NCBI RefSeq assembly: GCF_030144855.1
Contig: NC_082708.1
Location: 133,300,001 to 133,364,000 of the forward strand
Source of the DNA: Hypanus sabinus
Lineage: Eukaryota
Reading direction: 5' to 3'
Length of the DNA: 64,000 nt
The notes below the pieces were generated by a model. That model searched no databases, was not told the DNA's origin, and saw nothing but the letters and a program-made list of their open reading frames with translations. This document shows, piece after piece, positions 51,435 through 64,000 of the stretch (the stretch's first letter is position 1; every line of letters begins with the position of its first letter). Made by a program: the position numbers and the translations under genes.

Positions 51435-52689
51435 ATTTAGCAGAGCACCACAAAAATTCTTTTCAAAATCATTCCTAAATGGTATTTCAAACCATCCAAA
51501 TGCAAAAAGTTCCAATAATCCACTATCCATTTAGAAATCTTTATGATTCTGTGTCTAGCTTACTAGGTAATGTTTACCATACTCATTTTCCTCTTACCTA
51601 GTTCACTGGAAAGATTCATTACTGTGCATCATATATTAAAAAAAACTGAACTAAAACAGTTAAGATCCAATTGCTTGGAAGATCTGCTAGTCTGGCATCT
51701 GAAGTCCCAAGCATGCCAGAACAGAGTTTTACTGCCTGTGCACAATGTATAAGGAAAAGCACAGCCAGGAGCAGAAAAGTTCTTGACGTTGTATCATCAT
51801 TAATACCTACAATTGCAAAGGTCCCAATAACAAAATGCCAGACAGAATCCAGTTCAGTGAATGAAATATGAGAGTTGTCCACCATAAAACAATTGGAGAA
51901 AAAGGCAACAGGCTTTTTCTGAAGTCTACTGCTACGGGAGATACTCTCTTTATTCATCTAAAGTTCATGTTGAAATGTTAATGCTTTCCTCTTTCTACTC
52001 AATATTGATCCCTCTCATGAGCTTACTCTTAAAACTATGTTTTCCTGATCATAAGAAATACCACTAAATGTCAATACATTAATTTCCTTGAAGCAATCAG
52101 TGTCACACAGCAGAACTACATTTTTGGTGTGGTATCAACAGAGAACCCGACATGAACTCTGCGTACCTCAAAACTCAATCTTAGCTTGTGCATGGCACAG
52201 AGTTATACATAACTTGGACAAGAAGGGGAAAAACATCAGTGAAGGATGCTTCCAACCTGACTAGTCCACCACTATTTACTTTCACATCACTTGTAGTTTA
52301 CTTGTAGAAGATACCTGCCCACACAGACAATGCCCGAGGTCACTGACATGAAACATTAATACTGCTTTTTTTCCCCTGGCTTTTATATATAAAAAAAAAT
52401 CACAGATAGTTACAGGAAGTAGGTTGAGGTGGGGGACACTAGTGATTTTACAAATAACGAATCATGGACAATTTACAATGAGGCCATTTGGCCTATTGTG
52501 TCTCTGTAAAACAGTAACTGCCTAACTTAATCCTACATTTTAACACTTTTTGGGAAATCCTAGATTATAGTTCTCAAACTGTATACCCAAGAACCCGTTA
52601 ACTGTGATAGTTTGTTCTGCCTTGACCACCCAAAATTCAGCTCAGCTCACTACTTAAAATTAATTCAGGTTAGGTTATTATCATATACC

Positions 52690-53975
52690 ATCACAGAAAT
52701 AAACCAGACAGTCTATGCCAAAACCATTTAAACTGCCTAATCCCATTGACCTGCACTGGAACTATAGCCCTCCATACCCCTACCATCCATGTACCTATCC
52801 AAACTTGACTTAAATGTTGAAATCGAGCTCGCGTGCATCACTTGTGCTGGCAGCTCATTCCACACTCTCCCTCACAATCTTCTGAGTGAAGTTTCCTCTC
52901 ACGTTCACCTTAAACTTTAAACCTTTCACCCTTAACCCATGACCTCTGGTTGTAGTCTCAGTGGAAAAACCTTGCAGATACCCTATCTATACCCCTCAAT
53001 ATTGTATACCTCTATTAAATCTCCTCTCAATCTTCTACATTCTAAGGAATTACGTCCTAAACTATTCAATCTTTCCTTATAACTCAGGTCTTCCAAACCC
53101 AGCAAAATTCTTGAAAATTTTCTCTGTACTCTTTTAACCTTGTTTACACCTTTCCTATAGGTAGGTAACCAAAAAACACACACACAATATTCCAAATTAG
53201 GCCTCACCAACATCTCATACAACTTCAGCTTAACATCCCATCTTCTGTACTCAATACATTGATTTATGAAAGTCAATGTGCCCAAAGCTTTCTTTACAAC
53301 TCTATCTACCTGTGACTGCACTTTCAAAGAATTTTGGACCTGTATTCCCAGGTCCCATTGTCCTAAGACACTCAATGCCCTCCTGTTCACTGTGTAAGAC
53401 CTACCCTGGTTGAACCTACAGAAGGGCATTATATTCCACCTGCCATTTTTCAGCCCATTGTTCCAGCTGATGCAGATCCCTCTGCAAACCATGATAGTCT
53501 TCCTCTCCACAACCTCAAATCTGGGTGTCATCCACAAATTTGCTGATCCAGTTGACCACATTATCATCAACAAAACGCAACAGAACATCAGCAGGTGCTG
53601 GAAATCCAGATAAACACACACAAAATGCTGGACGAACTGAGCAAGCCAGGCACCATCTATGGAAAAGAGTAAACAGCTGAAACATTCACTGTTAACGCTT
53701 TTTCATTGATGCTGCCTGGCCTGCTGAGTTCCTCCAGCTTTGGGTGTGCATTGCTCTTATCATCCAGATCACCGATATGGATGACAAATAACAATAGACC
53801 TAGCACTGAACCCCACGACAGAGGCCTCCTAGTCGGTGAGGCAACTATCCACAATTCCCTGACTTCTTCCACAAAGCCAATCTCTAATCCAATTTTCTAC
53901 CTAATCTTGAATGCCGAGCGACTGAGCAACCTTGTCAAATACCTTGCCAAAGTTCACATCGACAACATTCACTAA
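52690..53975 (-). mobile_element. CR1 LINE 3' fragment
   Basis: DLGIQVQNSLK, LVRPNLEYC, RRLRGDLIEVY. Confidence 0.8.
53569..53756. mobile_element. Inverted-repeat Penelope-derived insert in CR1, 8-bp TSD
   Basis: TTATCATC at 53561-68 and 53757-64. Confidence 0.75.
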
Positions 53976-54157
53976 TTTGCATTCATTCACCTTGCCGGTA
54001 ACTTCCTCGAAAAGCTCGTACACACATAGTGTAAGATTCTTCGCCTGTGTATGCGGTAATAATTAACACAGCAAAAGAGCAAATCATCGGAGCGATGCCC
54101 TTTACCTATCGAGTGGGGAGAGGGCAATTGGTGGTGGAGGCGGGATTTCGGCGTTAC

Positions 54158-54415
54158 CTTTATTTTTTCTCCGTCTATCTCCACCGTCTTCTCTCGGAAA
54201 TCCACCCCGATGGTGGCTTCAGTCTTATCGGGGAACTTGCCAGCGCAGAAGCGGTAGGTCAGACAAGTTTTGCCTACGCCTGAGTCGCCGATGACGATGA
54301 TCTTGTAGATCCTGGAACGGGGCGGCGCGGTGAACATCAGCGAGCCTGCTGGGGGAGCGCCGTGCGCCGGCGAGTCTATGGCCGACGCCCCCTCCTTTCC
54401 TCCCCTAATGGACAT
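54158..54415 (-). CDS. RAB33B: RAB33B exon 1
   Basis: [54 protein letters not shown]|gtaacg; phase 0, total protein 234 aa. Confidence 0.95.
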
Positions 54416-54445
54416 AACTCCGAGAAAAAGGGAGGTCCTGTCCCG

Positions 54446-54900
54446 TCGCCGCAGCCGGCCGCTGTCCGCGCTCCAGCTCGAGCCTCAGCCGGCCGCTCAG
54501 CGTCCCGGAGCCACGTCGCCTCAGCCGGCCGCTGTCCGCGCTCCAGCTCAAGCCTCAGCCCCGCCGCTCAGCGTCCCGGAGCCACGTCGCCTCAGCCGGC
54601 CGCTGTCCGCGCTCCAGCTCGAGCCTCAGCCCTGCCGCTCAGCGTCCCGGAGCCACGTCGCCTCAGCCGGCCGCTGCCCGCGCTCCAGCTCGAGCCTCAG
54701 CCGGCCGCTCAGCGTCCCGGAGCCACGTCGCCTCAGCCGGCCGCTGTCCGCGCTCCAGCTCGAGCCTCAGCCCCGCCGCTCAGCGTCCCGGAGCCACGTC
54801 GCCTCAGCCGGCCGCTGTCCGCGCTCCAGCTCGAGCCTCAGCCTCAGCCCCAGCCCCGCCGCTCAGCGTCCCGGAACCACGTCGCCTCAGCCGGCCGCTG
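54446..54900. repeat. GC-rich 70-71-bp minisatellite (about 6.5 copies) in the RAB33B CpG island / 5' region
   Basis: Core GCTCAGCGTCCCGGAGCCACGTCGCCTCAGCCGGCCGCTG starts at 54495, 54566, 54637, 54707, 54778, 54861. Confidence 0.95.
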
Positions 54901-57869
54901 TTCTCCCTCCACACATCACCCACCCCCTGATCTGCTGAATGGAAGAAGGAAAAGCACGAGTCCCGAGAAAGTATCGCGAGAGCGCCCCTATTATTCCCCC
55001 AGAAAAGTACCAGTCTTTCCTTAAATGCTCAGAAGCCGATATTTCTTTCTCTGCAGTATTTGTTTTAAATCGACGATTTTGCAACAGTTTTTTTTACTGG
55101 TTGGGGTTTTCCGTAAATCTGGACAGAGTATATACTTTTATTTCGTTCGTATGCGAAAGTTGCCTCAGGTTACCTGGGAGCTAATGGTAAACGGGAGAAA
55201 TTGCTTACTCCTTCTGCTAGAGATGGTGAATAATTTGTATTTCGATTCTGGAAGAGTAATTTATATTCTGCTAAAATAATTTCACGTTAGAAATATTATC
55301 AGTTTGTAATATTACTAAGTACACATAGTTAAGGCTGATAGTTCTGAAGCGGCTTCCAAGCAGTATAATTCTGTTGATATGTGTATATTTAAAAGCCAGT
55401 TGCTAAAATTGTTTTGGAAAGACACACTAAAGCTCACATATTTACGTCACTTCATCCTGAGATATTCCATCTGTGTTATCCATCTATCCTCAACCCTCCA
55501 TATAAGGTTAAAATTAATGTTATCTCTTTTTACCCCAGTTCTGGCATAAGGTCCTTATGAAAACTTAACTTTTTTTCTCTCTCCACGTGTGCTGCCTGAC
55601 TTGCAAAGTACTTGCAGTACTCTCTGCCTTTGTTTTGGATATTCAGCAACTTCAGATTTTGATTTTTGATTTACTGTATCAGATGTGATGCCTATGCAGT
55701 TAGAGTTGAATGAACACGATGCATATGTAATAGCAGTTCCCTTTGTCTTTCTATGTTTTTCAATATACCTTCTGTGCTTGTGTGCTATACCCTGCTATCA
55801 CATATGTTTCAATGAAGCAAAGAGCAGCAATTTGAACACAAAATATCCCAAACAGCAAAGTAAAATAGCCGGAACATTTGTTTAGGTGATGTTGGTTTGG
55901 TGGTTTGGTGGTGAATATTGGCAAGGATGCTGGAGAGAGTATTCTTGTACTTATTCAGAATAATGCCATCAAATCTTTGACAGTCCCATCAGAAGACAAC
56001 TTTGATTATACAACAACAATTATCTGCATGCCAGATAGATGTTCAGCCCAATGTCACTCGATCGCATAGTGCTGAGTCACTTTCTTAAGGGGGACCTATT
56101 GTTTGACCTGCTTCCACTCTGTTATACAGACTGTTGGGTGACCAATATGGAAAGTGTTGACTCATCTGAAGAAGGGGAAAAAGCTGGCTGGTGGAACCAG
56201 TGAATGGGTAGTCTATGAGGTGGTATGAACCTTTTGCAATATGCAAATGGTTTCTGAGTCCTGTTGATGCAAAGACTTAAGGTTCTGTATAACCATCCTG
56301 AACGCTCTTCTCCATTTTTGGCAATCACGGGCCAGTGATGTTGCATTTTTTTCAAGGAGGCTTTGTGCACATTCTTGAATCTATACCTTTGTACATCATT
56401 AATTACTTCCCATGTCTCCGCTCAAAATAGAGTGTCTGTTTCACAAGTCTGTTATGGAGCATTCAAATGATGTGCCCTTCAAAACTAGCTAGGATCTCTT
56501 GAATTCTGGAAAAGGATATTGACATTGGTTTGCTTGTCTTTCCAGTACCTTGGTGACGTCTTTCTCATGTCTTGAAAGAACAGCTACAGATAGTCTAGCT
56601 GTCAGAAGTTTATTGGAGGGAAGAGATTACTGCTGCCTTGTAAATTGTGTTGTTTGCAAGGTCTGTGTCATTGATGTCCAAACACCCTTTTCTTCGGTCA
56701 ACCAAAAGCAGAGTTGGTGCATAGCAAGTAATGGTCGATTTCATCATCAATGCCTGTCGTCATTGAGGGAAGGTTTATGAGATGTGGGAAGTCATCCATA
56801 TTTTCCAGAGTCATTCATTATTTGAACCTTTATTGTTGGTGGGGGTGAGGTGTGATTTGATCCAATTGGGATGGGTGGTGAAGGACCATCTATCTTGTGG
56901 ATGCTCATTCTCTCATATGTCTTGGTGAATGATATTCATTTATCGTTTTCATGTGTACTGAGGATCAGTGGAAAGCTTTTGTTTTGTGTACCAACCTGAT
57001 AGTTCATGCCATACATTAGTACATTGATGTAATAAAAAGAAAACAGATTGCAGAAGACAGTGTAGTTGCAAAGAAAGTACAGTACAGAGTGAGAAATAAA
57101 TTGGGAGATCAAGAGTTCACAAGTTCATCTTTTAGCATAAAAGAAGTCTGTTCAGCAGTCGGATAACAGTGGGACGAAAGCTTTCCTTGAGTCTGGTGCT
57201 TTGTGCAATCAGGCTTTTGTACCTTTTTCCCAACGGGATAGGGAAGAAGAAAGAATGACCAAGATGGCAGAGGCCTTGTAGGTCGCTTCCCCGAGGCTGC
57301 GGGAGGTATATATAGAATCAATGGAGGTTCGCATGATGGACTGAGCTGAATCCAGAACTCTCTGCAGTTTTGTGTGGTCCTGGGAAGAGCGGTTGCTGTG
57401 ACATGCAATGGACTGGAACTTGGGTTTTGAATGCGAGTAAATGCAAGCGCCTTCAACTGTAGAGATTAGTTCTGGAGGTTAGACGCCATAAGTTGAATAA
57501 TTCTATGTAAGTTCTGAAGATTAGCTTCAGTCCAACAAAAAGGTTATTGGAGGTGAGGTACAGCTTTCCAGTGAGAAAAACTGGAAGAAGTATTGGGGCA
57601 AATTTGAAGCCTTGTTTGACAACAGTCTTCACTGAGATTGTCTCTGCTGTAGACACAGGGGCCATTGCTTCTGTGCTGTCATGATACTTATGTAAGATGG
57701 AGGCAGGTTTTGAATTTGAGGAGAATGTTGCACAGTTCCTCATGGCTGATGCGAGCTTGAAAAAGACCATCTAAAGTGGCTGTTATTGCTCCCTGCAATT
57801 TTCTAAAAGTTGTTGCATTGTGAAATTCATGTCCATTGTGTTGCTGCACCTTGATGACCATCAGCTCGT

Positions 57870-58830
57870 ATGGGAGAGCAAGGATGTAGTTGACGGACTA
57901 AAGGAAGTAGTCACCCCTAAGTTGCAGGAGGCAGGTACACAGGTAATTGTCGGGAGAGGGAAAGTGAAGAGGTAGCCAATGCTGAATACCCCTTTGGCCA
58001 TTCCCCTCAATAATAAGTATAGCACTTTGGATACTAATGGGGGAATAACTTACCAGGGGAAAGCTTCAGCGAGCTGTTCTCTGGCACTGCATCTGGCTCT
58101 GTAGTTCAGTAGGGAATGGGGGAAGAAGAAGATTGCAGTAATGATAGTTAAAGGAACAGTCAGGAGATTCCGTGGATGTGAAAGAGACACTGGATGTGTA
58201 TGTTGTCACAGTTAGAGATGTCTTGGATCGGGCCCACTGCGGTCTAAAGAGTGAACTGCCAGAAGTCGTGGTACATATTGGTACCACTGGCAGAGGCAAG
58301 AAAAGTTATAAGGTCCTGTGCCACAGCTCAGTGAAGGTTAAAGTAGGATGAAGAGGCAGATGAATGTGTGGTTGAGAAATTGGTGCAGAGGACAGAGTTT
58401 CAGATTATTGGGTCTTTGGAATCTCTTCTGCAGAAGATATGACATATACAAAAAGGACGAGTTGTACCTGAACTCAAGGGAGACCAGTATTCATGCATGT
58501 ATGTTTGTTAGAGCTGCTTGGGAAGGTTTAAACTAATTTGGCAGTAGGATGGGAACCAGAGTGTTAGGGCAGAGGATGGGGTAGTTGGTATACAAGTAAA
58601 TGCAGTGTGTAGTGAGAGTGTGAATAATTGAAGGGGCAAAATTGCAGTCAGTGGGATGGGTTGAAGTGTAACTTGGGGCAAAATTGAAAAGGGTGACAAA
58701 TACAGGACTGAAGGTGTTATATTTGAATGCATGTAGTATACGGAACAAAGTAGATGATCTTGTGGTGCAGTTAGAGATTGGCAGATAAGATGTTGTGGGC
58801 ATCAATGAATTGTATCTAAAAGAGGATTAT
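57870..58830 (+). mobile_element. CR1 5' fragment (SGNH-like ORF1 and start of ORF2)
   Basis: EVVVHIGT, NVWLRNWCRGQSFRLL, KVLYLNACSIRNKVDDL. Confidence 0.75.
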
Positions 58831-60498
58831 AGTTGGGGGCAAATTAAATCCTTTCCAGTCAAGATGGTGCCAATATACAACACTCCCTCGGTCGACATCT
58901 TCGAGATAGCAAATGAAATTAGCTTTTTTACTTCTTCTATGTCTGCTTTTCTCCTTAAATGAGTTTCTGGGACTGTGAGGGCCTGCGATTTACAGGTGGA
59001 GATTGTTTGAGTGATCCAGCACTTTACTGGCTTCAAAAAGATCCTAGGAAGCGACGCGTACTCGGATGTGTATCTCTCTTATTTCCTGGGTCTCAGACCC
59101 GAAATAATAGCGATCTTGCGATTCTCAAAAAGGAGGGGGGTGGCTTTGCACCCTTCGGCCCCTCAGAGTTGCTCCACATTCGTAACACTACCCTTCCACC
59201 TATCTTCTTATCTGCAAAACCATCAATTCCATCATCTAAATCATTGACATATAGTATAAAAAGAATCAACCCCAATGCAGATCCCTGTGGAACACCATTA
59301 GTTACAAGTAGCAAACCAGAAAAGGTTCTTTTTATTCCCACTCTTTGCATCCTGCTATTCAGGCACTACTTTATCCACGCTAGAATCTCTCCTGTAATAC
59401 CATGGACTTGTAGGCTGTTAAGCAGCCTTGTGTGTAGCACCTTGTCAAGGGTCTTCTGAAAATCCAAGTACACAACATCATCTGATTCTCCTTTGTCTAT
59501 CCTGGTTGTTATTTCTTCAAACCATTCCAACAGATATGTCAGAAAAGATTTCCAGCCACTGAAGTCAGACTAAATGGTCTATAGTCTCCCTTCTTGAAGA
59601 GTGGAGTGACATTTGCAATTTTCCAGTCTTCCCGAACCATTCCAGAATCTAGTGATTCTTAAAAGATCATTACTAATGCTTCCACAATTTCATTAGCCAC
59701 CTCTTTCACAACCCTAGGTGTACACCATCTGGTCCAGGTGACTCATCTACCTTCACACTTTTCAGTTTCTCAAGAATCTTCTCTCTAGTTATGGTAACTT
59801 CACACACTTTATGCCCCCTGGCACCTGGCATCGTACTGTTACAGTCTTCCACAATGAAGACTGATGCAAAACACTTACTCAGTTTGTCTGCTATTTTGAT
59901 TTTCCCTATTACTACCTCTTCAGCATTGTTTTCCAGTGGCCCGAAATCCATTCTCACTTCTCTTTTACACTTTATGTATCAAAAGAAACTTTTGGTATCC
60001 TCTTTTAAAGTATTGGCTAGCTTACTTTTGTATTCTATCTTAACCTTCTTAATGACTTTTTAGTTGCTTTCTGTTGGTTTTTAAAAACTTCCCAATCCTC
60101 TAACTTTCCAATAGCTCCACACTCATCAGGATCCCTGATACCTGGAAATGTCACTGTACTATGGGTGTCTTCCACAGTGAAGACTGATGCAAAATACTTA
60201 TTCAGTTCATCTGCCATTTGCTTGTCCCCCATTACTACCACTCCAGCATCGATATCCAGCAGTCTGATATCCACTTATGTCTCTCATTTACACCTTGTGT
60301 ATCTGAAGAAACTTTTGGTATGCAGTTTAATATTATTGGCTATCTTACTTTCATTTCCCATTGTTACCTTATTGATGATTTTTTTAGTTGTCTTCTGTTC
60401 ATTTTTAAAAGCTTCCCAATCTTTTAACTTCCCACTAGTTTTTGTTCTATGATATGCCTTCTCTGGCTTTTATGTTGGCTTTACTTCTCTTGTTAACA

Positions 60499-60738
60499 CC
60501 GAGCGTCATAGGAAGTCATTCCTACCTGTGGCCATCAAACTTTACAACTCCTCCCTCAGAGTGTCAGACACCCTGAGCCAATAGGCTGGTCCTGGACTTA
60601 TTTCCACTGGGCATGATTAACTTATTATTATTTAATTATTTATGGTTTTATATTGCTATATTTCTTCACTATTCTTGGTGGGTGTGGCTGTAACAAAACC
60701 CAATTTCCCTTGGGATCAATAAAGCATGTCTGTCTGTC
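60499..60738 (+). mobile_element. Rex1/Babar 3' end inserted in CR1
   Basis: TSD TGTTAACA (60491-98, 60739-46); RKSFLPVAIKLYN; GGGATCAATAAAG followed by (TGTC)n tail. Confidence 0.75.
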
Positions 60739-61426
60739 TGTTAACATGATTGCATCATCTTTCCTTTAGAATACTTATTCCTCTGGGATGTATATACCCG
60801 GTACCTTCTGTATTGCTTCCAGAAATTCCAGCCAGTACTGCTCTACCAACATCCCTGCCAGTGTTCTTTTCCAATCAGTTCTGGCCAACTCCTCTGACAT
60901 GCCTTTGTAATTCCCTGTGCTCCATTGTAATATTGATACATCTGACTTTAGCTTCTCCTTCTCAAATTTCAAGGTGAATTCGATCATATTTTGATTACTT
61001 GCCCCTTAAGGTTCGTTTACCTTAAACTCTCAAATTAATTCTGGATCATTGCACAACACCTAGTCCAGAAAAGCTGATCCCATTGTGGGCTGAGCTGTGA
61101 ACTGCTCTAGAAAGGCCATCTCATAGGCACTCTAGAAATTCCCCTCCTGGAATCCAGCAGCAATCTGATTCTTAGTCTACCTGCATATTGAAATTCCCCA
61201 TGACGATTGTAGCATTGCCCTTATGGCATGCATTTTCTATCTCCTATTGTAATTTGTAGACCACATCCTTACTACTGGTTGGGGGCCTATATCAATTCTC
61301 ATCAGGGTATTTTTACCCTTGCAGTTCCTTAGCTCTATCCACAATGATTCAATACCCTCCAATCCTGTGTAACCTCTTTCTAATGATTTGATTTAATTTT
61401 ATTACCAACAGAGCAATGCTGCCCCC

Positions 61427-61619
61427 TGTGGTAAACTATGTATACCTGTCTGGACACACCCCTCTGCTGACTGCTCCTGTGGCTCCTCCCACAGAGCCCT
61501 GTATAAAGGCGATTGGGGCACTGCTCCTCCCTCTGTCTCTGAGATGTCGTGGCCCCTTTTTCTGCTAATAAAAGCCTATCGTTCACTTCCTGTCTCCGAG
61601 AGTTATTGATGGTGCATCA
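61427..61619 (+). mobile_element. Solo LTR (193 bp)
   Basis: TG...CA, internal TATAAA and AATAAA in order, CCCCC on both sides, interrupts CR1. Confidence 0.8.
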
Positions 61620-62589
61620 CCCCCTCTTCCTTCCTGCCTGTCCTTTCAATACAATGTGTATCCTTGAACATTAAGCTCCCAGCTACAATCTTCTCTCAGC
61701 TGTGATTCAGTGATGCCTGCAACATCTTACCTGCCAATCTGCAACTGTGCTACAAGTTCATCTACCTTATTCTGTATACTGTGCACATTCAAATATAACA
61801 CCTTCAGTCCTGTATTCACCCTTTTTGATTTTGTCTGCCTGTTATCTTGCAGCTCATCCTGTTGACTGCAGTTTTGCCCCATCAACAGCCTCTCCTCACT
61901 ACACATTGCCTCTGTTGTAAACCAGCTACCTTATCTTCAGCACAATTATCCACATTTCCCACAATACTACTTGCATTGAAATATACACAGCTCAGGACGC
62001 TAGTTGCACCATGCTCAACCCTTTGATTCCTAACTTTGTCTGAGGTCTTACCAACATCTGCCTCCACAACCTCTCCACTAACTGTTGTGACACTCTGGTT
62101 CCCATCCCCCTGCAACTCTAGTATGAACCCCACCGTGCAGCATTAACAAACTTTCCTGTTAGGATATTAGTCCCCCTCCAGTTCAGGTGCAAACTGTCCC
62201 AACTATACAGGTCCCACCTTCCCTGGAATAGAACCCAATGATTCAAAAATCTTTTGCCCTTTCTCCTACACCAACTACTTAGCCATATATTAAACTGTAT
62301 AATCTTCCTAGTTCTGGCCTCAACAGCACATGGCATAGGTAGCAATCCTGAGATCACAACCCTGGAGGTCCTGCCCTTTAACTTAGCACCTAACTCCCGG
62401 AACTCCCTTTGCAGAAACTCATCACCTGTCTTATACATGTCATGGACCACACCTCTAGCTATTCACCCTCTCATTTAAGAACAGAGGACTCCATGAGATG
62501 TCCCAGACCCTGGCACCAAGGAGGCAATGGAATCTTGTTCTGTCCCCTTTCACCTCAATGTGCCCTTTCTGCCCACCATTCCCTTCTGA

Positions 62590-62950
62590 GTCACATCCCA
62601 AGCACATCGCAAAGTGGAAGAAGTAATCTAAAGTGAGGATGAGGCCACTGTGGCTGACAAGAGAAATCAAAGACAGCATAAAAGCCAAAGAGAGAGCATA
62701 TAATATAGCAAAAATTATTGAGGAGTTAGAGGATTAGGAAGCTTTTAAAAATGAATAGAAGGCAACTAAAAAATTATAAGGAGCAAAAATATTAAATATG
62801 AAGGTAAGCTAGCTAATAATATAAAAGAGGATGCTGAAAGATTTTTCAGATATATAAAGAGTAAAAGAGGATAGAGTGGACATCAGACCACTGGAAAATG
62901 ATGCTGGCGAACTAGTAATGGGGGACAAAGAAATGGCAGACAAACCTAAT
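62590..62950 (+). mobile_element. CR1 fragment, inverted relative to 59900-60490
   Basis: Reverse-complement similarity to 59880-60110 and 60200-60490. Confidence 0.65.
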
Positions 62951-62955
62951 ATGGA

Positions 62956-64000
62956 CAGTGCCTTGAAAAAAATTTTCAGCCTCCAACCTTTTGTTCACAT
63001 AATTACAACCAAGGATTTTGATCAACTTAACTGAGAAATTTTATTTGTGAATCATATACAGTATTCCATTTTTTTCACAGTAGAGTCCCAAACAGCAGGG
63101 ACAATTGTAAAGCAGGAAAAACTGAAATGTCAGCAGTTCAAAAGTATTCAACCCCCTTTGTTAAGTAGTTAGTTGAATTTCCTCTCACAACTATGACAGC
63201 CAGTACTCTTTTGGATAAATCTCTATTAGCTTTGCACAATGTGATGCAGCAAGATTTGCCCATTCCTCCTTGCAAAATTGGTTAAGCTGCATCAGGTTAG
63301 TTGGGGATGCAGCAGTAGACAGCAATCTTCAGGTCTTGCCGGAGATGTTTGATCAGATTAAGGTCAGGACTCTGACTGGGTCACTCAAGGACATCGTGAA
63401 GCCAGTCCATGGTTGCTCTGGGAGTGTGTTTTCCTCCTCAGTTTAAGAGTTCAGGCAGAGGTTAGCAAATTTTTATCCAGGATCTCTTTGTATTTAGCAG
63501 CATTCATCTTCCAATCAATCCTGACAGGATTTCCAGTCTCTGCTGCTGAAAAGCATAATGCTACATCCACCACACTTTACAATAGGGATGGTTTTATCTG
63601 GCAGTTTTACAATAGGGATGGTTTTATCTGGCAGTTTTACAATAGGGATGGTGTTATCTGGCAGTTTTAGATCTCCACCACATTTACTGCTTAGTGGCGA
63701 GGCCATCAAGTTCCACTTCAGTCTCATCCGAGCACAGGATTTTCTTCCGTATTGCTGTAGTATCTTCTAAGTGGCATTTTGCAAAGCCTTTATGAGTAAG
63801 GATATGCTTTTTTTAAAGCCAGAGCTTCTTCCTTGCCACTCTTCCATAAGTACCCTTTTTGTACAAGGCTTTAGAGATTGTGGAGCCATGAACTTCACCT
63901 CCAGTTGCAGCCACTGACTTCTGCAGCTTACTCTGAGTGACTGTCGGTGTCACAGTCGCCTCTCTGACAAGTGTTATTCTTTTCTAGTGACTAAGTTTAG
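62956..64000 (-). mobile_element. Tc1-family DNA transposon (IR/DR type), degraded, runs off the window
   Basis: End CAGTGCCTTGAAAAAA..TTCAGC with inner direct repeat near 63134; minus strand DETEVEL, KCGGCSIML, PSQSPDLNLIKHL; in-frame 30-bp triplication 63576-63665. Confidence 0.85.

Larger units (their letters stand above)
59190..62450 (-). mobile_element. Composite CR1 LINE (RT, endonuclease and ORF1 fragments) with nested inserts
   Basis: GVPQGSALG, SPGPDGVH, ORF1 VVISGLLPMP...DSLHLNWRG; internal segment present twice (about 59845-60110 and 60165-60435). Confidence 0.8.

Noticed and set aside
44140-54415. RAB33A assignment (FPDKTEAT matches human 33A)
   Set aside because: The rest of the protein ([26 protein letters not shown]) and SETD7 synteny indicate RAB33B
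54446-54900. CRISPR-like repeat array
   Set aside because: Contiguous tandem units with no unique spacers, no cas genes, vertebrate context
54330-55024. Plus-strand ORFs of 202 and 220 aa with repeated peptides
   Set aside because: Artefact of the GC-rich minisatellite; the 71-bp unit is not a multiple of 3 and the ORFs are antisense to RAB33B

Overview
Vertebrate genomic DNA; the repeat content (HE1/V-SINE-like SINE, CR1, Rex1/Babar, Penelope-derived short elements) suggests a cartilaginous fish, which is an inference. Three spliced genes can be rebuilt from GT-AG exons. SETD7 has its last six coding exons at 3742-11974 (+). RAB33B has two exons at 54415-44140 (-). Between them lies an uncharacterised 227-aa, four-transmembrane, CD20/MS4A-like gene (+, 18762-41176), where human has no intervening coding gene. 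Its 14.6-kb intron holds a Penelope-like retroelement and a CR1 LINE split by a 5.9-kb endogenous retrovirus (26627-32559, -). The provirus has paired LTRs, a CTAT target-site duplication, a tRNA-Arg PBS and a PPT. It lacks NC, protease and RT, shows repeated Trp-to-stop (G-to-A) lesions, and its Env TM has a filovirus/ASLV-type disulfide-bounded internal fusion loop. Many short Penelope-derived inserts carry minimal hammerhead-ribozyme motifs of two families, often as inverted pairs. The RAB33B intron holds a near-complete 2.9-kb hAT transposon, and a 71-bp GC-rich minisatellite sits just upstream of the RAB33B ATG. The remainder is degraded LINE and DNA-transposon sequence.
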